Shown: one piece after another, positions 27,201-40,656 of the stretch
Layout of the letters: each line of letters starts with the position of its first letter
How positions within the stretch are numbered: the stretch's first letter is position 1
Assembly (NCBI GenBank): GCA_040954595.2
Contig: CM082580.2
Span: 11,422,909-11,486,908, forward strand
Source of the DNA: Balanoglossus misakiensis
Taxonomy: Eukaryota > Animalia > Hemichordata
Reading direction: 5' to 3'
Length of the DNA: 64,000 bases
Notes under the pieces: generated by a model
Database searches by the model: none
What the model saw: only the letters and a program-made list of their open reading frames with translations
What the model was told of the DNA's origin: nothing
Translations under genes and position numbers: made by a program

Positions 27201-28449
27201 TACAGATAAGCCGCCCCTTGTATCTTAGTGGAAAAGCGTTCGATATCATCCAAATAGACACGGCGCGGCGGGGAGAATCGGGCCTACAGAATGGATGCCG
27301 GGTTCTCTCGTCAGTGTGTTCAGTATTTTACGATCGATGACGATGTTTTATCAACGATTGTTTTGTGTCCAGAGATCGAATCTTGCGCATCGACTTCCCT
27401 GTTGAAAATTGGTCGCATCGGGAGATTCGCAGTAGGCCCGCCCTCCATCTAGATTCATTTAAACTCGTATTAGTATTTTTTTTTAAATTGTCGCGATCGC
27501 ATACCAATTCAGGATCATTAAATTAAACGCACGGAAAAGTCTCATTAAAAGTATATTTGTACATATAATCATGAGAAAAATACTTTTTAAAAATCGACAA
27601 GGCATAAATTGATTTCTTTGGAAAGGATGACTGGCCCTTTAAAACGATGACCAATTCATTACCTTCGCGAACTTAAATGTGGAATAAAAATTTGAAACTT
27701 CATAAATGGCCAAAGAAAACCAGTTTTCCGATGATCTGCATATCAGCGAACATCGGGTCTCTGTTTAAAGGAAAGAGCGCCTGCAGCATTTTCCGGAGGT
27801 AGTATCTATGGCAACCTTTTAGGTCGTCCACGCCCAGACGTTTAACTGCCTCGTTAGTGGAAGACCAATATGCTATCTCTCCATCGCCCGGGTCACGTGA
27901 CCGCCACAACAGGTGCGCCGGTCGTCCTATTGTCCGACACTGTCCCCCCGACCTTTGTGAGGAGTGTTTGATGCGGTTCCTTGTCTCCAAGTCACAACTC
28001 AACTTGCCTCCCCGGCCGAGCTTTGTCCGTACACGTGACCCCGTGTTGAAAAGAAAAGGAATCACCGAATTAAGACAACAAACGCAAAGCTCGCGCCTGC
28101 TCACGTGCTGACCACAGGGGTGAAAAAAACTTTTGAGTTTGTCCGACCAACCGGTCAATGCATTAATGGCCGTACACATGCGATCTCTTTAGAAGACAAG
28201 CGGACAGGCTGATTTGGCGGGGCCTTACAATGATTTCATGTCACACAATATGCTTTTCAGCCGCGACGGGCGTGTTAATCTCGCTTACCATGAAGTTCGG
28301 CGCACCGGTGACAAAACTCCGCGGCGTGGATTTGCAAACGTCCTCGATTTTCTGTTGCAATTGACACGATGCACTGTCACTTGTGTTATGTAACTAGTAG
28401 TTCCGCAATCGTTTGTGCATGTGACGATAATGCGATATTCCATAAAGAA

Positions 28450-28504
28450 TGGGGATGGGCGGGATGGGATGGGATGGGATGGGATGGGATAGGATAGGAT
28501 GGAT
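28450..28504. repeat. (GGGAT)n pentanucleotide microsatellite
   Basis: Tandem GGGAT/AGGAT units read directly. Confidence 0.85.
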
Positions 28505-31500
28505 TATAAATTTTGCGAAGAAAAATGTTCCGCGTGAAGTACATGATCGTATTCCGTGAGTCCGTGTGCGAGGAACTTCATGTGAGTCACCAGAGCTTGT
28601 CCCATTAAAGAGGCCCGTATTCCTTGACATGAACATTTCTACGGAACTGTTTATTGGGGAAACAAAGAGTCAGCTGTGCTTAACACATGCCCCTTTAACA
28701 GAGCGAACTCAACACGTTAAGCGCATGCTATTAATTCGCTCAGGTTACCATACACCAGCTACCAACGCGGATTATCGGTTTAGATTGTAAACTGTTACAC
28801 AAAACACTTATGATCATTCTTCTGTGGCTCTCGTAAAATAACACAAACTATTCCCCGGTTCCACAATCTTGTAATTTGAATGATCAAAACGCCGTCCTCA
28901 CCAACGATATCCACTTCCATCTCCCTCTCACTTTCCCATAAATCATTCTGCTCAAAAGAACTAACGACATAATTTATTTTCCTAAATGAAATGGTTTCGT
29001 TCGAGCTTGCGGGCTTCGGCTCCCGCTAATTCCCCTTTTCCTGGAAATACGTTTTGATAGTTAAATGACCGCCTGTAATAGTGCACGAGTTATACTGAAC
29101 TCCATGATGTAGTTCTTTGTTGGATCGCGAAGTTACACTTGTGTAAATGGCTCTTTAACAGTTGTGTTAAAACAAGATTTGATGAAACATCCCTTGCGTA
29201 ACGTGGTGAATTATTCCAAGATGAGCAAATCTAGGCTGGGAGTATAGCTGTAACACCGTGACACGGCCGGGCGGCTTCGACTTCAAATCAACTCCAAAAG
29301 CTCGACATGCATGCAAATGATGGGAAACCCCTGTTGCTTTCAGCCGTGTTATCTTTTAACCATTATTTCTGTAATCAAGTGTTACATATGTTTTGTTAAT
29401 AGCCGGGTCCTTTGTTGGCAACAACAGCGCCAGTGGTAGCGCACCGCGGAGTTTTTGTTGGGTTCGCCCCGTCAACCGGCGACACCCACGCACGGAGATC
29501 CATTTCTCTGGCCGTGCGCACAAAGTCATTGTCACGCGTTTTATTACCGCGCTTATACTTATTTTTGCCGTGCATTGTGTTAATAGTCAAATATTTGCGA
29601 GAACAATTTTGATATCGAGTGTCCAAAGATTTAAAGATACGCAGACGACTCTTTGGGTGTGGGAACAGCGATCGTCTAATATTTGATAGAAGAGTTCGTA
29701 ATACATATGCTAGAAATTTCCACGAGGACCCAGGCCGCCGTATACAGACAAAATCAATACATAGATATTACACAACATGTAGTCATTTTCTGGATGCTCA
29801 TCGTCATCTCAAGCAAAGCTTACACTTTCCATTATAGATGGCGCACTTTCCGTTCGCCCTCTCTCGTCTGTTTACAGATGTTGCTGACGTCTCTCGGGGG
29901 CGCGTCTCTCCCGCCACTATTTCGAGTAGGATGTCATTAAATACCGAACAACATGATTGACTTGTCCTTCACCCCCCTCTAACACACAAAAAAGGGAAAA
30001 GCAATTACTTCGAAGCACCTGCGCTTCCAGATTATGATTACACCCCTGGACTTGGTCACGGTTAATTGCATTTAGGGTGAACTTCCGGTGAACATTTTTC
30101 ACGTGGTAGTTTTTTTAAATCTGAATCTAGGCCTAATGGCAGTTGTTCGCATTTCAGATTGAGCGATCTGGCTGCTGCGTCATTCATCATCTCTGAATGG
30201 GGCAAGTTTTTTTTCTAACGCACAGAACGTGAACATCAACGTAAACACCAGATACAGGGACCCCCCCCCCCTGTATGGAAGAATCATGACACCCTTGCAG
30301 CTTCATAACACCCCATGAAGTGTGCCCCCCTCCAGTCTCCCTAGCCCCCCCCCCCCACGCTCCCTGGTGTCAAAAGACACTTTTAATCGCCTCAGTTATA
30401 GCTCTTCGTCCTGAGCTTCCGTATATACGATGGTACGAGTACATACACGTCTACATCGTCAAAAACAATCGGAGAGACGTCAAATGATAACGTCATTAAC
30501 ATTCCACACGGCATACTGTTGGCTCCCGTCGTGTGTGGCTTCATCAATCTATAGTCGTCATCATTTGACATCATATTTTGTCATTTCGTGCGAACTTTAT
30601 GTATTTTCTACTGCATAGGGAAACTTAATTGTCCATCAAAGTTCTACCCAGGCCGGGCTACCCTGCATAGAGGCCTGGTCGGAAAGTGTATAGTTTTGAG
30701 CATAGTTAGAGCTGATTCACAATTCCCATTCCATGTATATTCTCCCGGTTACATACACGTGTACTATGTTTATGCAATTTTTCCGAAATATTTTGTGTCC
30801 TGTCTATGGAGGCCCGAATATTTACTCAACCACCAACATCATCATCACCATCACCATCGTCAAATTCGACATTGCCATTCAACCTGGAACGCGTTCCTAA
30901 CAGCCCATAAACTCCAGAATGTTATTTTAACGTGCGCGTAAATTAACTTAATTCCCCCTTGAAGGAGAATTTTTCTCTTCTTGATTTAAAGAGTGTGTCG
31001 AAAGTTTTGTCAACATTTGAACAGACACTACCAGGCCCAGATCGTTAGGATTCTCAACAGCATATTTCCGATGCTACACCGGTGAAATATATCTCCAACG
31101 TCCGTTTGACTTACTCTTGAAAGCTTGTGATGGCTTTGCCTGTTCCGACAGCGTAGGCATGTGCATTCTTGTAATGTATGTTCCTTCCATTGATTCGTTT
31201 CCATAGTTACGCGAAGTAAGGTACATAAACATCGACAAATGGCTTTGACCCTTCTTGACAGGTCGTGGGATACTATAATTAATGACAACATTTGTTTCCC
31301 CCAAACGAGTTATTTGAAGGTCAGGGTAGGGGAATGACATTTTCAGCACGAAATATCTCGCACATGGGCACAAATACTCTTATTTGACGTTTTCGTTGCA
31401 AATGGTCACATGGTTATTACAAAGGCCTTTTCTTATAAGCGTACGTGTCATTACTAGGGATTTACAATCACATTTTTTTCGCAGCGAAGACGTTATTTAC

Positions 31501-34053
31501 TTAAAATTTTAATCAGCGGGAAATAACTAAACCCAGTCTCAACAAACTCCAGCTTTGTGGAGGAAGCTGTCATTTAGAAACGCATATCTGGCTTCTCCGC
31601 GACTGAACTGAAACATTTGATTGAATATGACAAGACTTTATCCGTCGATTAACAGTGCATTACCCTCAACTATGGTGGTTCTGTCTTCGCTCAAAGAAGG
31701 CCTCGGATCGATTACAAGACTAGACTTAACGATTGATGAGTAGTGGCCTTGGATTTTCCATGATTGAAATCTTTCTGTTTTCAATAAGCCAGTGGGTTTG
31801 ATGCATATGAAACAGCGTTCAGCGTTCAGCATCATATTGCGTGGAAACTGGCGAATCCATTAAAATTACTTATCTTCGGTCCTTCCGGTGGCATCAAGGC
31901 ATCGTTGCACGCTTCTTTAATTTATCTTAAAAAATATTTTAAGTACCAAAACACGTTGTGTCGAAAGTAGTCTGCGCTAAAGGTAGTAGTACCTCGGTAG
32001 CCTTTTATCACCATGTACATTATTTTACTTCAGACCAAGATTAGGCCAAGCATTGTGCTCACCGAGAGTTGCGTGTCTGCTTGTTGTTAAAATTCGCTAT
32101 ACGGGCAAATTTGAGTATTAAACGAGTATACGGCCGTCAGTGTACAACTCCATAGAAATGTGGACACTATACAAGAGAAAGTAATGCAAATGAATATGAT
32201 GTAAAAATGACCTTTATGCATTCAACAACATCTGTTCACTGCAGTAAAGTTTGGCGCTTTAGTCAGCGATTGTGTTACGAGAGCAAGGGTTTACATGTTT
32301 TATATTGAAAGATGTTTTACGACTGAAAACTTAATCTGCTCGATGCTTGCTGCACTGATAGGTCGTTATGAGGTACGTGGATCTTTCACCACTATACATG
32401 GCTTATGATGCTGAAAGGGTGTGATTTATCTGGTGAAGAACTATAAGCGCACGGATGACACAACTGATGCTTAATGATATACACTGCGTGTTCGGCACGT
32501 GTTGAGATTGAACCTGTGTCTCGTGAAGAATATTTCAAGGGTATTTGGCGAGCCCAGATGTCACGGGCGACTGGGACCGGATCATTCCACGGCATGTCAT
32601 CAAAGATCAGCAATTAGCGGCTTTGAAATAATTGAGCGGAGAATGACTTAGACCTTAGCGGAACCATCCGTGTACGACAAATTGCTCTTTACCTCGTGTG
32701 ACCCTCGCGCAACAGGAAGACTCCCTGGCAGCGGCGGTTTTGACTCATTACAAGCAGACGATATTTATTTTCACAGAAGGAACATCATTTACTTTGCCAA
32801 GTATGCGTTATTAAAGTGAAACTCGATCGGTCGGTCGACATAAATATTGACATTGAATTTCCAGCGTCGTCCGCCTCGTGACCGTCGCCATGGCGACACG
32901 ACTCCTGTTGCCGAGTTGTCTTGTACACGTTGGGGATGATACCATTCCGTTTGCATATCGCTCGTGATATTTGGGCTAGGCTGTCTCTTCTCATTTTGTT
33001 TCTGTTTATTTCTCTGTCCACCTTTCTGTCTATCACTTTGACTGTCGGTCTTTCCTCCTATCATATACATGTACGTTTAAGTCTCCTTCAAGAGAAAGAT
33101 CTTCCAACGCGAAAGAAGCCAATAAGTGTGTCAATTTCCACATCTGGTATTAATTTAACCCTCTCTAATATAACTACTCATGAAAAATGACCATTAGTTG
33201 ATCCAATGGCTCCCTCGCAACATCAATCAGTGGCAGTTTCACTTGATGACTCCCATCAAATCCTCCAATAAGGCAATGGCAGCAGAGGAGCGTTGATCAA
33301 CCATAAGGGATCGGCCATTTGACCTGGCTTGGTGGTGTTTTCGTGGTGAAGGTCAACTTGGGAAGCTGAGTGTGGCAAACGGGACGATGCCAGTCGATCC
33401 AGAAACCAACTCGATCTTTATCCAAGTTGGTTTCCACACCAAACGTCTGGCAGAATCATTCTATTCCAAACTTGAAGAAAAAAAGGCAGGGCTGGGCCAT
33501 TATCCTGATTATGTTATTCATAATTGAGGTGTTAGACTTCATCAAAGAGTAGCGAAAGAAATGAAACAAATTCCTCGAGAAAGCTGCTGTTGCGTCAGCT
33601 CTTATTTTTCACTACGGTAATTATGATTTAATATCGCCTCTGGAGAATATTCCGTGCTAGTCATGCTCGATTACAGTTGAATTTTGACGTATTTTGACTT
33701 CAGGCCATAAACAATTCGGACAGCGGTAATACTTAGTAATATAAATTTATGAAGTATGCGACTACACTGACGGTGGATCTCGAGCTCCAGACGTCGGACA
33801 GACAAACCCGCCGGCGTCATCTCTATTCCTGACAAAACTTGATTACTTGCAGTCATCCGAAGTATTGGGAAACTAAAACCGCGCAAGACAAACGAGTTGA
33901 TCAAACGGTAAATTTCCAAGTTTTCTGCTCAGTAGAGTGAAAGAAATACCGAATCTGAAGGAATGCACTATTGCGATTACAACTCGACATCGATACTCGA
34001 CGGCCTTTCTGGTTGAGTTAAAGAACCCATACCGCAACAATGTCCCTCCTCAC

Positions 34054-34195
<142 letters not shown>

Positions 34196-36026
34196 GCCAG
34201 ACAGAGTTGATGCACATTCTGGGGCCGAGGGCGTGGCTCGCATCACGTGACCGTCTGACTTCGGACCGTACATAACGTGACCTAGAGTTTATGTTTAGGT
34301 GTTAGCCAGATTTACACCAAATGTCGTAAATAAAGAAATTCGCCCCGTGCATCCTGATAGCCCTGTGCAGCAAACACAGACTCGTCTTGTTTTCGTGAAC
34401 TCTGCTGAAACTATTCACAAACACGAGCCCCGGCTGCTTTTATGTGGCGCAAAACTTGTCTTCGGAGGAAACGGGATATATTCCTCAAGTGGGACTCCAC
34501 GCCGATTCGCGCCAGAGTCTGCGGTGATGACAGAAAACACATGCCGTTCAAGTCACCAAAGGCCGACTAGCATTAATTTTATTGTAGTTTTTTCCCCTAA
34601 CCGCGGTTCACATGTCAAACATGAGTACACATATTAAGATGAATATAACAGAACAATACTAATAATAGATTCGATACATTTGGATTCTCTTAATTGAAAG
34701 ACACGGGTCGCATGTCAGAAACTTTAAACTAACTAAAATTTGGAGGTCACTATTATCTACTATTACTAATACATATTTCGCTGCATCACGTCTGTATACA
34801 CAACAAATAAACGAAAACGATGACCACTTATACATGTAAGTATTCAGAATAGGCCTAGACTATCCAGACTAGCAATCCTTACGAATCGACCTGAAATGAA
34901 CTCAAAAGAGATCAGGTTTATAACCCAAAGCGTAGAAAAACAATCACGGGGGGCGTAATTAGAGTCAACGCTCTGGTGCCGGGGAAGGAAAATAACGATT
35001 AGCATCACTGGAGCCATAACTGGTGAAGGATTTGACTCAAAACAGAGAAGTGGTCCAACTTATCTAACGCTGTCTCAATGAACACCGCCCGCCTTAAACC
35101 CAAGACTTCTGGGAATAATGTTTTCACTTCCTCGAAGCGATCGGAATGCCGGGAGTGCCGGGGCGGATCACAACAAAAACAGTCGGCCGTGAGAGGTAGT
35201 AACCTGGGGACCAATTCATCATCGAATGGGAAAACATTATTCTATACATTAAAGTTTACTGGCGCATGCGTCCTTGCGGCGACTTCTTTGACCGGTGTCC
35301 ATAGAGACGCGATTCAAGTCCAGTTGTGGAAGTCTTCTGGAAATGCTCGTGGTTACGTAACGGAACATGATCAGAGATGGTAAAATAAGTGACAGTAAAC
35401 GGAATGGCATTCTATAAACTCGACTTTAAAATGTCTCATCAATCGACCTTCCCAATTTATTTGTGTAAGGGTAACCGAATTTGTCAATATTCAAAGTTCG
35501 GGCGTTAAACAGAAAACGAAGACAAAATATTTCAATTGGACTCACTTTTACATGATGGTTCATATCACCACTTTCAAGATCACAGATGATTTACTAGATG
35601 ATGGTTTATACGACTATGGTGTCTAGAATCTAAAGCTCATTTCGGTGTCAATGTGCAAGTATTTGCCCATGAAAAGTGCCAAATCGCAAAAAATATCGCA
35701 ATTATATTTTCACTCAATTTGCGCGTGCGTGGTACACCAGGCGAGAGAGAGAGCGGACTTCCCCATCGTAACACCCCATTCACCAATCACCAATCAACGC
35801 CAGAAAAGCGTTCTAATTGTTGCCGTGGCAGTTACACCAAGTGATCGCAGCCTGTGTTATAAATTGCTGCCGTCGAGCACAGACGTGTTAGAAGAATTCT
35901 CTGACTGGATCCGACGTGTTCCTGTGTCTTCAAGGAATGTGTAGACAGTCGACAAATTGGTGTTCACATTTTACGCTGCTGTCTGTCCTCGGCGCTTTGT
36001 GAGAGACGTTCACTCTGTATTCAAAG

Positions 36027-37136
36027 ATGAACGTCAGCGCAGCAACGGATCTGGCAACGGTTCCCCCGAACGCAACGGACAGCGACGGGAACGAACCGTT
36101 CTTCGTTACTTTCGACTTGTCCAAAGTGCTAGCCCTGCTGTTCATAAGCGTGGCCATCGCCATGTCCGTCTTTGGCAACGGCCTGGTCATCGCCGCTCTT
36201 GCCTTGGACCGGAATATCCAGACGGCGGCCAATTACCTGATCGGGTCTCTGGCGCTGGCCGATCTCCTCGTCTCGCTGCTTGTGATGCCAGTGCGGCTTG
36301 CGTATGACATGACGGAGATTTGGATCTTTGGCGCCGTTTTCTGCGACATCTACATCTCCTTGGACGTTCTGTGCTGCACGGCGAGCATTCTGAATCTGAC
36401 TGTGATCGCGCTGGATAGATTCTGGGCCATAACGAAGCCGCTAGAATACGTGACCACGCGAACTCCCAACCGGGCCGCTGCCATGATTGTCGCTGTGTGG
36501 GTGATATCAGCGCTTGTGTCCATCCCCCCGCTCTTCGGCTGGCGAACTCCTCAGGACAAGGCTGACCCGACGAAGTGTATGATAAGTCAAGATTTGGCCT
36601 ACACGGTCTACTCCACCCTGGCCGCCTTCTACGTTCCGCTGGGCATCATACTGTTCGTCTACTGGAAGATTTTCAAGGCGGCCCAGTTGAGGATTAGGAG
36701 AAACCGGATCGGCGAGGGGACCATCCACCAGAACGTCGCGCCGCGCCAGCAGCAGGACGCGGCGGCGATAGCTCTTCAAGTTCCCGCCGTCGGCGGGACG
36801 AACAACGACGACCAAGGGAAACGGCAGAGAACCCATAGCGAGGCGTCGAGAAACAACGACGTCAGAACGATAAGCGCCGCCAGAGAACGCAAGGCGGCGA
36901 AGACGCTGGGTATAGTCATCGGGGCGTTCGTTTTCTGTTGGCTTCCGTTCTTCATCATGGCCTTGATATTGCCCTTTTGTCGAAACTGCCGGGTGCATCC
37001 CGCTCTCCTCGCCTTCTTCGCGTGGCTGGGCTACGTCAACTCCATGCTCAATCCCATCATTTATACCTTCTCTCACAGAGAATTTAAGAAGGCCTTTACA
37101 AGAGTTTTGAGATGCAAACACAACAATCGATGGTGA
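36027..37136 (+). CDS. Class A aminergic GPCR, 5-HT1-like serotonin receptor, intronless CDS, 369 aa
   Basis: Seven hydrophobic segments; GN (TM1), SLALAD (TM2), D3.32 in SLDVLCCTASILNL, DRF, SIPPLFGW, CMISQD-YTVYSTLAAFYVP, ARERKAAKTLG, CWLPFF, WLGYVNSMLNPIIY; N-terminal NVS/NAT glycosylation sequons. Confidence 0.93.
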   Translation: MNVSAATDLATVPPNATDSDGNEPFFVTFDLSKVLALLFISVAIAMSVFGNGLVIAALALDRNIQTAANYLIGSLALADLLVSLLVMPVRLAYDMTEIWIFGAVFCDIYISLDVLCCTASILNLTVIALDRFWAITKPLEYVTTRTPNRAAAMIVAVWVISALVSIPPLFGWRTPQDKADPTKCMISQDLAYTVYSTLAAFYVPLGIILFVYWKIFKAAQLRIRRNRIGEGTIHQNVAPRQQQDAAAIALQVPAVGGTNNDDQGKRQRTHSEASRNNDVRTISAARERKAAKTLGIVIGAFVFCWLPFFIMALILPFCRNCRVHPALLAFFAWLGYVNSMLNPIIYTFSHREFKKAFTRVLRCKHNNRW

Positions 37137-40034
37137 AGCGACGAACTAGCGAGTCTGAAATCACACTTTAAATGTTTATTCACAGCTGTATTTTGTAAGC
37201 TGCGTTACGCGTCGTCAGATAATCAAATGAATTTAAAGGTCCATTAGTTGTAACCTTTGACCGTTTTTTTCAAATACTATCGTTTTGTATATAAACTGGA
37301 GCTTCTTGTTCAAATCTCTTATAAATGGAATGCCCACATTTAAGTTAGAACTCGAAAAACAATATATACAGCATAGGTTGACAAACAGAAAAGTGAGCAC
37401 ACGACACGTATATAGGCTTCGCTTCGCAGATTATGCGGCATATAGCACATCTATATTGGTGCACAGCGGCACAGCTGACATTCAAGCCGAAGTCGTCAAC
37501 GCATCACACAATCAATTTATCATCACCCGAGGAGATGAGTTCTAAATTGTTGAGATCAGGTGTTGTTCGCATTCACAGCGTGTGTGATGTACGAATTCAC
37601 CGCATGTGAAAGCAGCGCGCGGCCGTAAAGCGAAATCATTTTTCTCATTTCGACGATAAAGATATCCTCGTTGTCGGCCGCATAGTTTAGCAGACTCAAC
37701 ATCTTGAAGCAGTTTAAAGTTTGATGTTTATTTTACAACTTTGCGAACGTCTAAGTGTTCGGTCCAAAACTGCAGCATTGATTGGCGACTACCGTTGTGA
37801 AAATCATACCGTCTAGTCCGTCGAGGGTTTAAAGTTGGTTTTATTTGGCCTCGGGTGGACTTTCCCATTTGAGGGAAAACGGTTCATTAAAAGACCTTGT
37901 CCGGATCGGAATGTCAGTCGGATAAAAACAGACTTTGAAAACTATATACACAACTTTCGTTCATTTTCAGTTGAAGTCGGAATCGGTTCAGACCTCCCAG
38001 TTCTAAGGAGGCAAAATAGTCTGAATAATTCCAACCACTGGCATCGTGGCTACTGGAAATCTAGCCAATAACATATTTTCACTTGCGCCACTATTCGGGA
38101 ATACTTGATTTACCCCTCTACCCATGAAACTATTTATCAACACGTTCGTTGCTTTCGTTATTTATGAGGATTTTGCCAGCTGGAGAGGCGGTAATCTTAA
38201 TATAGTTACATCGCCACTTACATACTTTGGTGATATTATTTCCGGCATATGACATAAATTATGTCACCAAAGCATTTCACTTTGCAAGCACCGCACGCGG
38301 TTGAATTCTGATAACGGAAAACTCAATCTACAGAACAAGATCGAAAAGAAAAAGAAATTGAATGCAATATTGCTCTCGTGTGGCAACTAATAGCTTGGAA
38401 CAAAATTCCGATATAAAATTGATGAAATTCAATCTCATTAAGCACAACGTGCCGTTTGAATGACTCTTGTCTGTGTTTTTTATGAAGGTCCACTCTTTGA
38501 ATAAATCTGTGGCTTGTCCAAGTCAAGGTTACTTTCTATTTGTCATGAACATCGGCTATTGAGATCATGTTAATAGTGTAAATCACGATTATCAGGTTCA
38601 TCACGATTTCCTCTTTTCAAAAACAGTTTCCAAGGTTACCGTAGCACGCATTTCAGGATATCAATTTCATCTCAGTTTTTTATTCATTTTTAGAATTTTG
38701 CATACAGAACAATGTAAAAAAATGGCTCTATTTTGAATAAACTATTTTAGACATATGGTCTGATTGATGAACGGAACCTTCAACTGTGACATTGCTAGAC
38801 GGGGGCACATTACATATTTCGACACCAAACACGGATGACTTACAATTACCAATGATGTCAAGGCATTTGCTCTGGGACCAAAGTTCGTCATAGGTCTATC
38901 CCAACTCCGGCACAGATGCGGACTGACAAACCAGTCCCATCTGCTACAGACACTCAAATTCCCGTTTCCGTTTCCGTCTTTCATCTGTCACATTGGCGCT
39001 CATTTCTCCCAAGCGTGATTTGCATAAGGAAAGCTGCCTACGCGCAAACGCATGGCGGTAACGATTGCACATATTAATGGCGACCAGTTTGAGGGTGATA
39101 TTCCGGACGTTTGCTTGAAATAGAATTGATGAAACGTCCACATCGCTATCTGCTTAGCCTCATCACTATTTTGATCTTAGGTGTACATTATAGAATCATG
39201 AAATACCAGTTAAATCTGTCACTGTATTGTCGTCATGGTTGAAAAAGAAAGTAAACTGGAGTGGGGAGATCGTCAGAGGGCGTCGTCGTTCTTGCGGTCT
39301 TTGGTCGCGATGGACAGAAAGGAGATAACCATTCTCATGTTGTTATACTATGAGTAGTGATGTAACCATGGTAACACACTCTCCTGATGATTTAACTACT
39401 ATGTTTATACATAAGGTAATGTTTTCATGGTCCTGTTTAACACGTTAATATCACACGTCAAACGACCTGAAAATTAACAATCTTTGGGGGATTTCGTATC
39501 CGGTGATGACGCATTCTTTAATTGTCTCGCCAAATTGTCTTTCCAAATTGTCTTTCCAAATCAGGTGAGGTTGCAGATAATTGCCCTGGGTACCTAGAAA
39601 TGATCACTTCGCGTGGATATAATTTCTCATCGGGGACACCATGACAAAGAGCGTCAAACGTCTCAATGAACGCTTCAGATGCGGTGCTCCGGCTTAGTCA
39701 AAAGAAGTGGGTTGGCTGAGATGTCGAGGAACAAACAACAAACCTGAAGCCACACAAAGGCCTTGGAGTTGGATGCACTGTAGTGTCTGTTCTGACCAAA
39801 GGAAGTGTCACGTTTCATCTAGCTTTGTCATTGTACCAGTATTTTCGCCATTAAAATCATAGACCCTGAACGCACAGTGAAGTGAAAGAGTGACGTCGCG
39901 TGTGATTCGCCAGGTTTGGGTGCTAAATTTAATAACAGATTGTCTGTTTCAAATTTACTTGTCAAATCGACCGATCACGACAATAAAACCCAACGCCCTA
40001 ACCATCTCACGCACCACGGGCGCCGATTGCTACG

Positions 40035-40656
40035 TGACGTCACGGAGAAAATTATAATACGCATTCAGTCATCAGCTTACACAACTTTTTAACCGGGCAC
40101 GTCAATTAGGACAGCTGGAAAACTAGAAATGTTCGCGAGACACGCGTATTACTTGAATAAAGCCCCCCCCCTTATTCACACAGCGATAATCGCACTATTT
40201 TAGATCAGCGAAAGACGACTGAATGTGGCCGCGCTACTTCATTAGTGCATCGCCAGTCACCAAGGTCAGCAGTTTCGACGATTCATGACGTCACACAAGA
40301 TGAACCACAAATGAGCACCCTTATTTGCGGAATGAGCTACTTATTGTGTAGAGAGCGCTAAAACAGTGTAGTTTTGAGTCGATAGCGAGGTTGCGATTTA
40401 ATATCGATATTTATCGAAAATAAAATATTTAGACTGACATATATGTAGCCCTGATTGCAAACTCTGTCTGGCTTGAGATCTGGATCTCTCGCTTGGCTGA
40501 AACTCTCAACTACCTGTGAAGTGCTGTTAACAGCAAGAGTCAAGCAACGCGCATGCGTCAGTTTGTCCCCATGGCAACAACCCGGCTGCCTCCCTTGTTC
40601 ATATACATGTTATAGATACGCGTTTAGTCCGCTAGTTCGCAGCAAGACTGACGTCA
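40035..40656 (+). promoter_or_regulatory. Cluster of three palindromic CREs (TGACGTCA) plus an RFX X-box; candidate promoter of the second GPCR
   Basis: TGACGTCA at 40035, 40286 and 40649; GTCCCCATGGCAAC at 40565-40578; candidate donor AG|GTAGG at 40785/6. Function inferred. Confidence 0.45.

Noticed and set aside
36507-37121. 204-aa antisense ORF over the first GPCR (similar ones over Fer2, the second GPCR and the CS-gene exon 1)
   Set aside because: Shadow ORFs expected from GC3-rich coding sequence on the opposite strand.
37233-37830. Complete TTAA transposon starting ttaaaggtccattagttgtaacc
   Set aside because: No matching right-hand TIR found, so boundaries cannot be supported.
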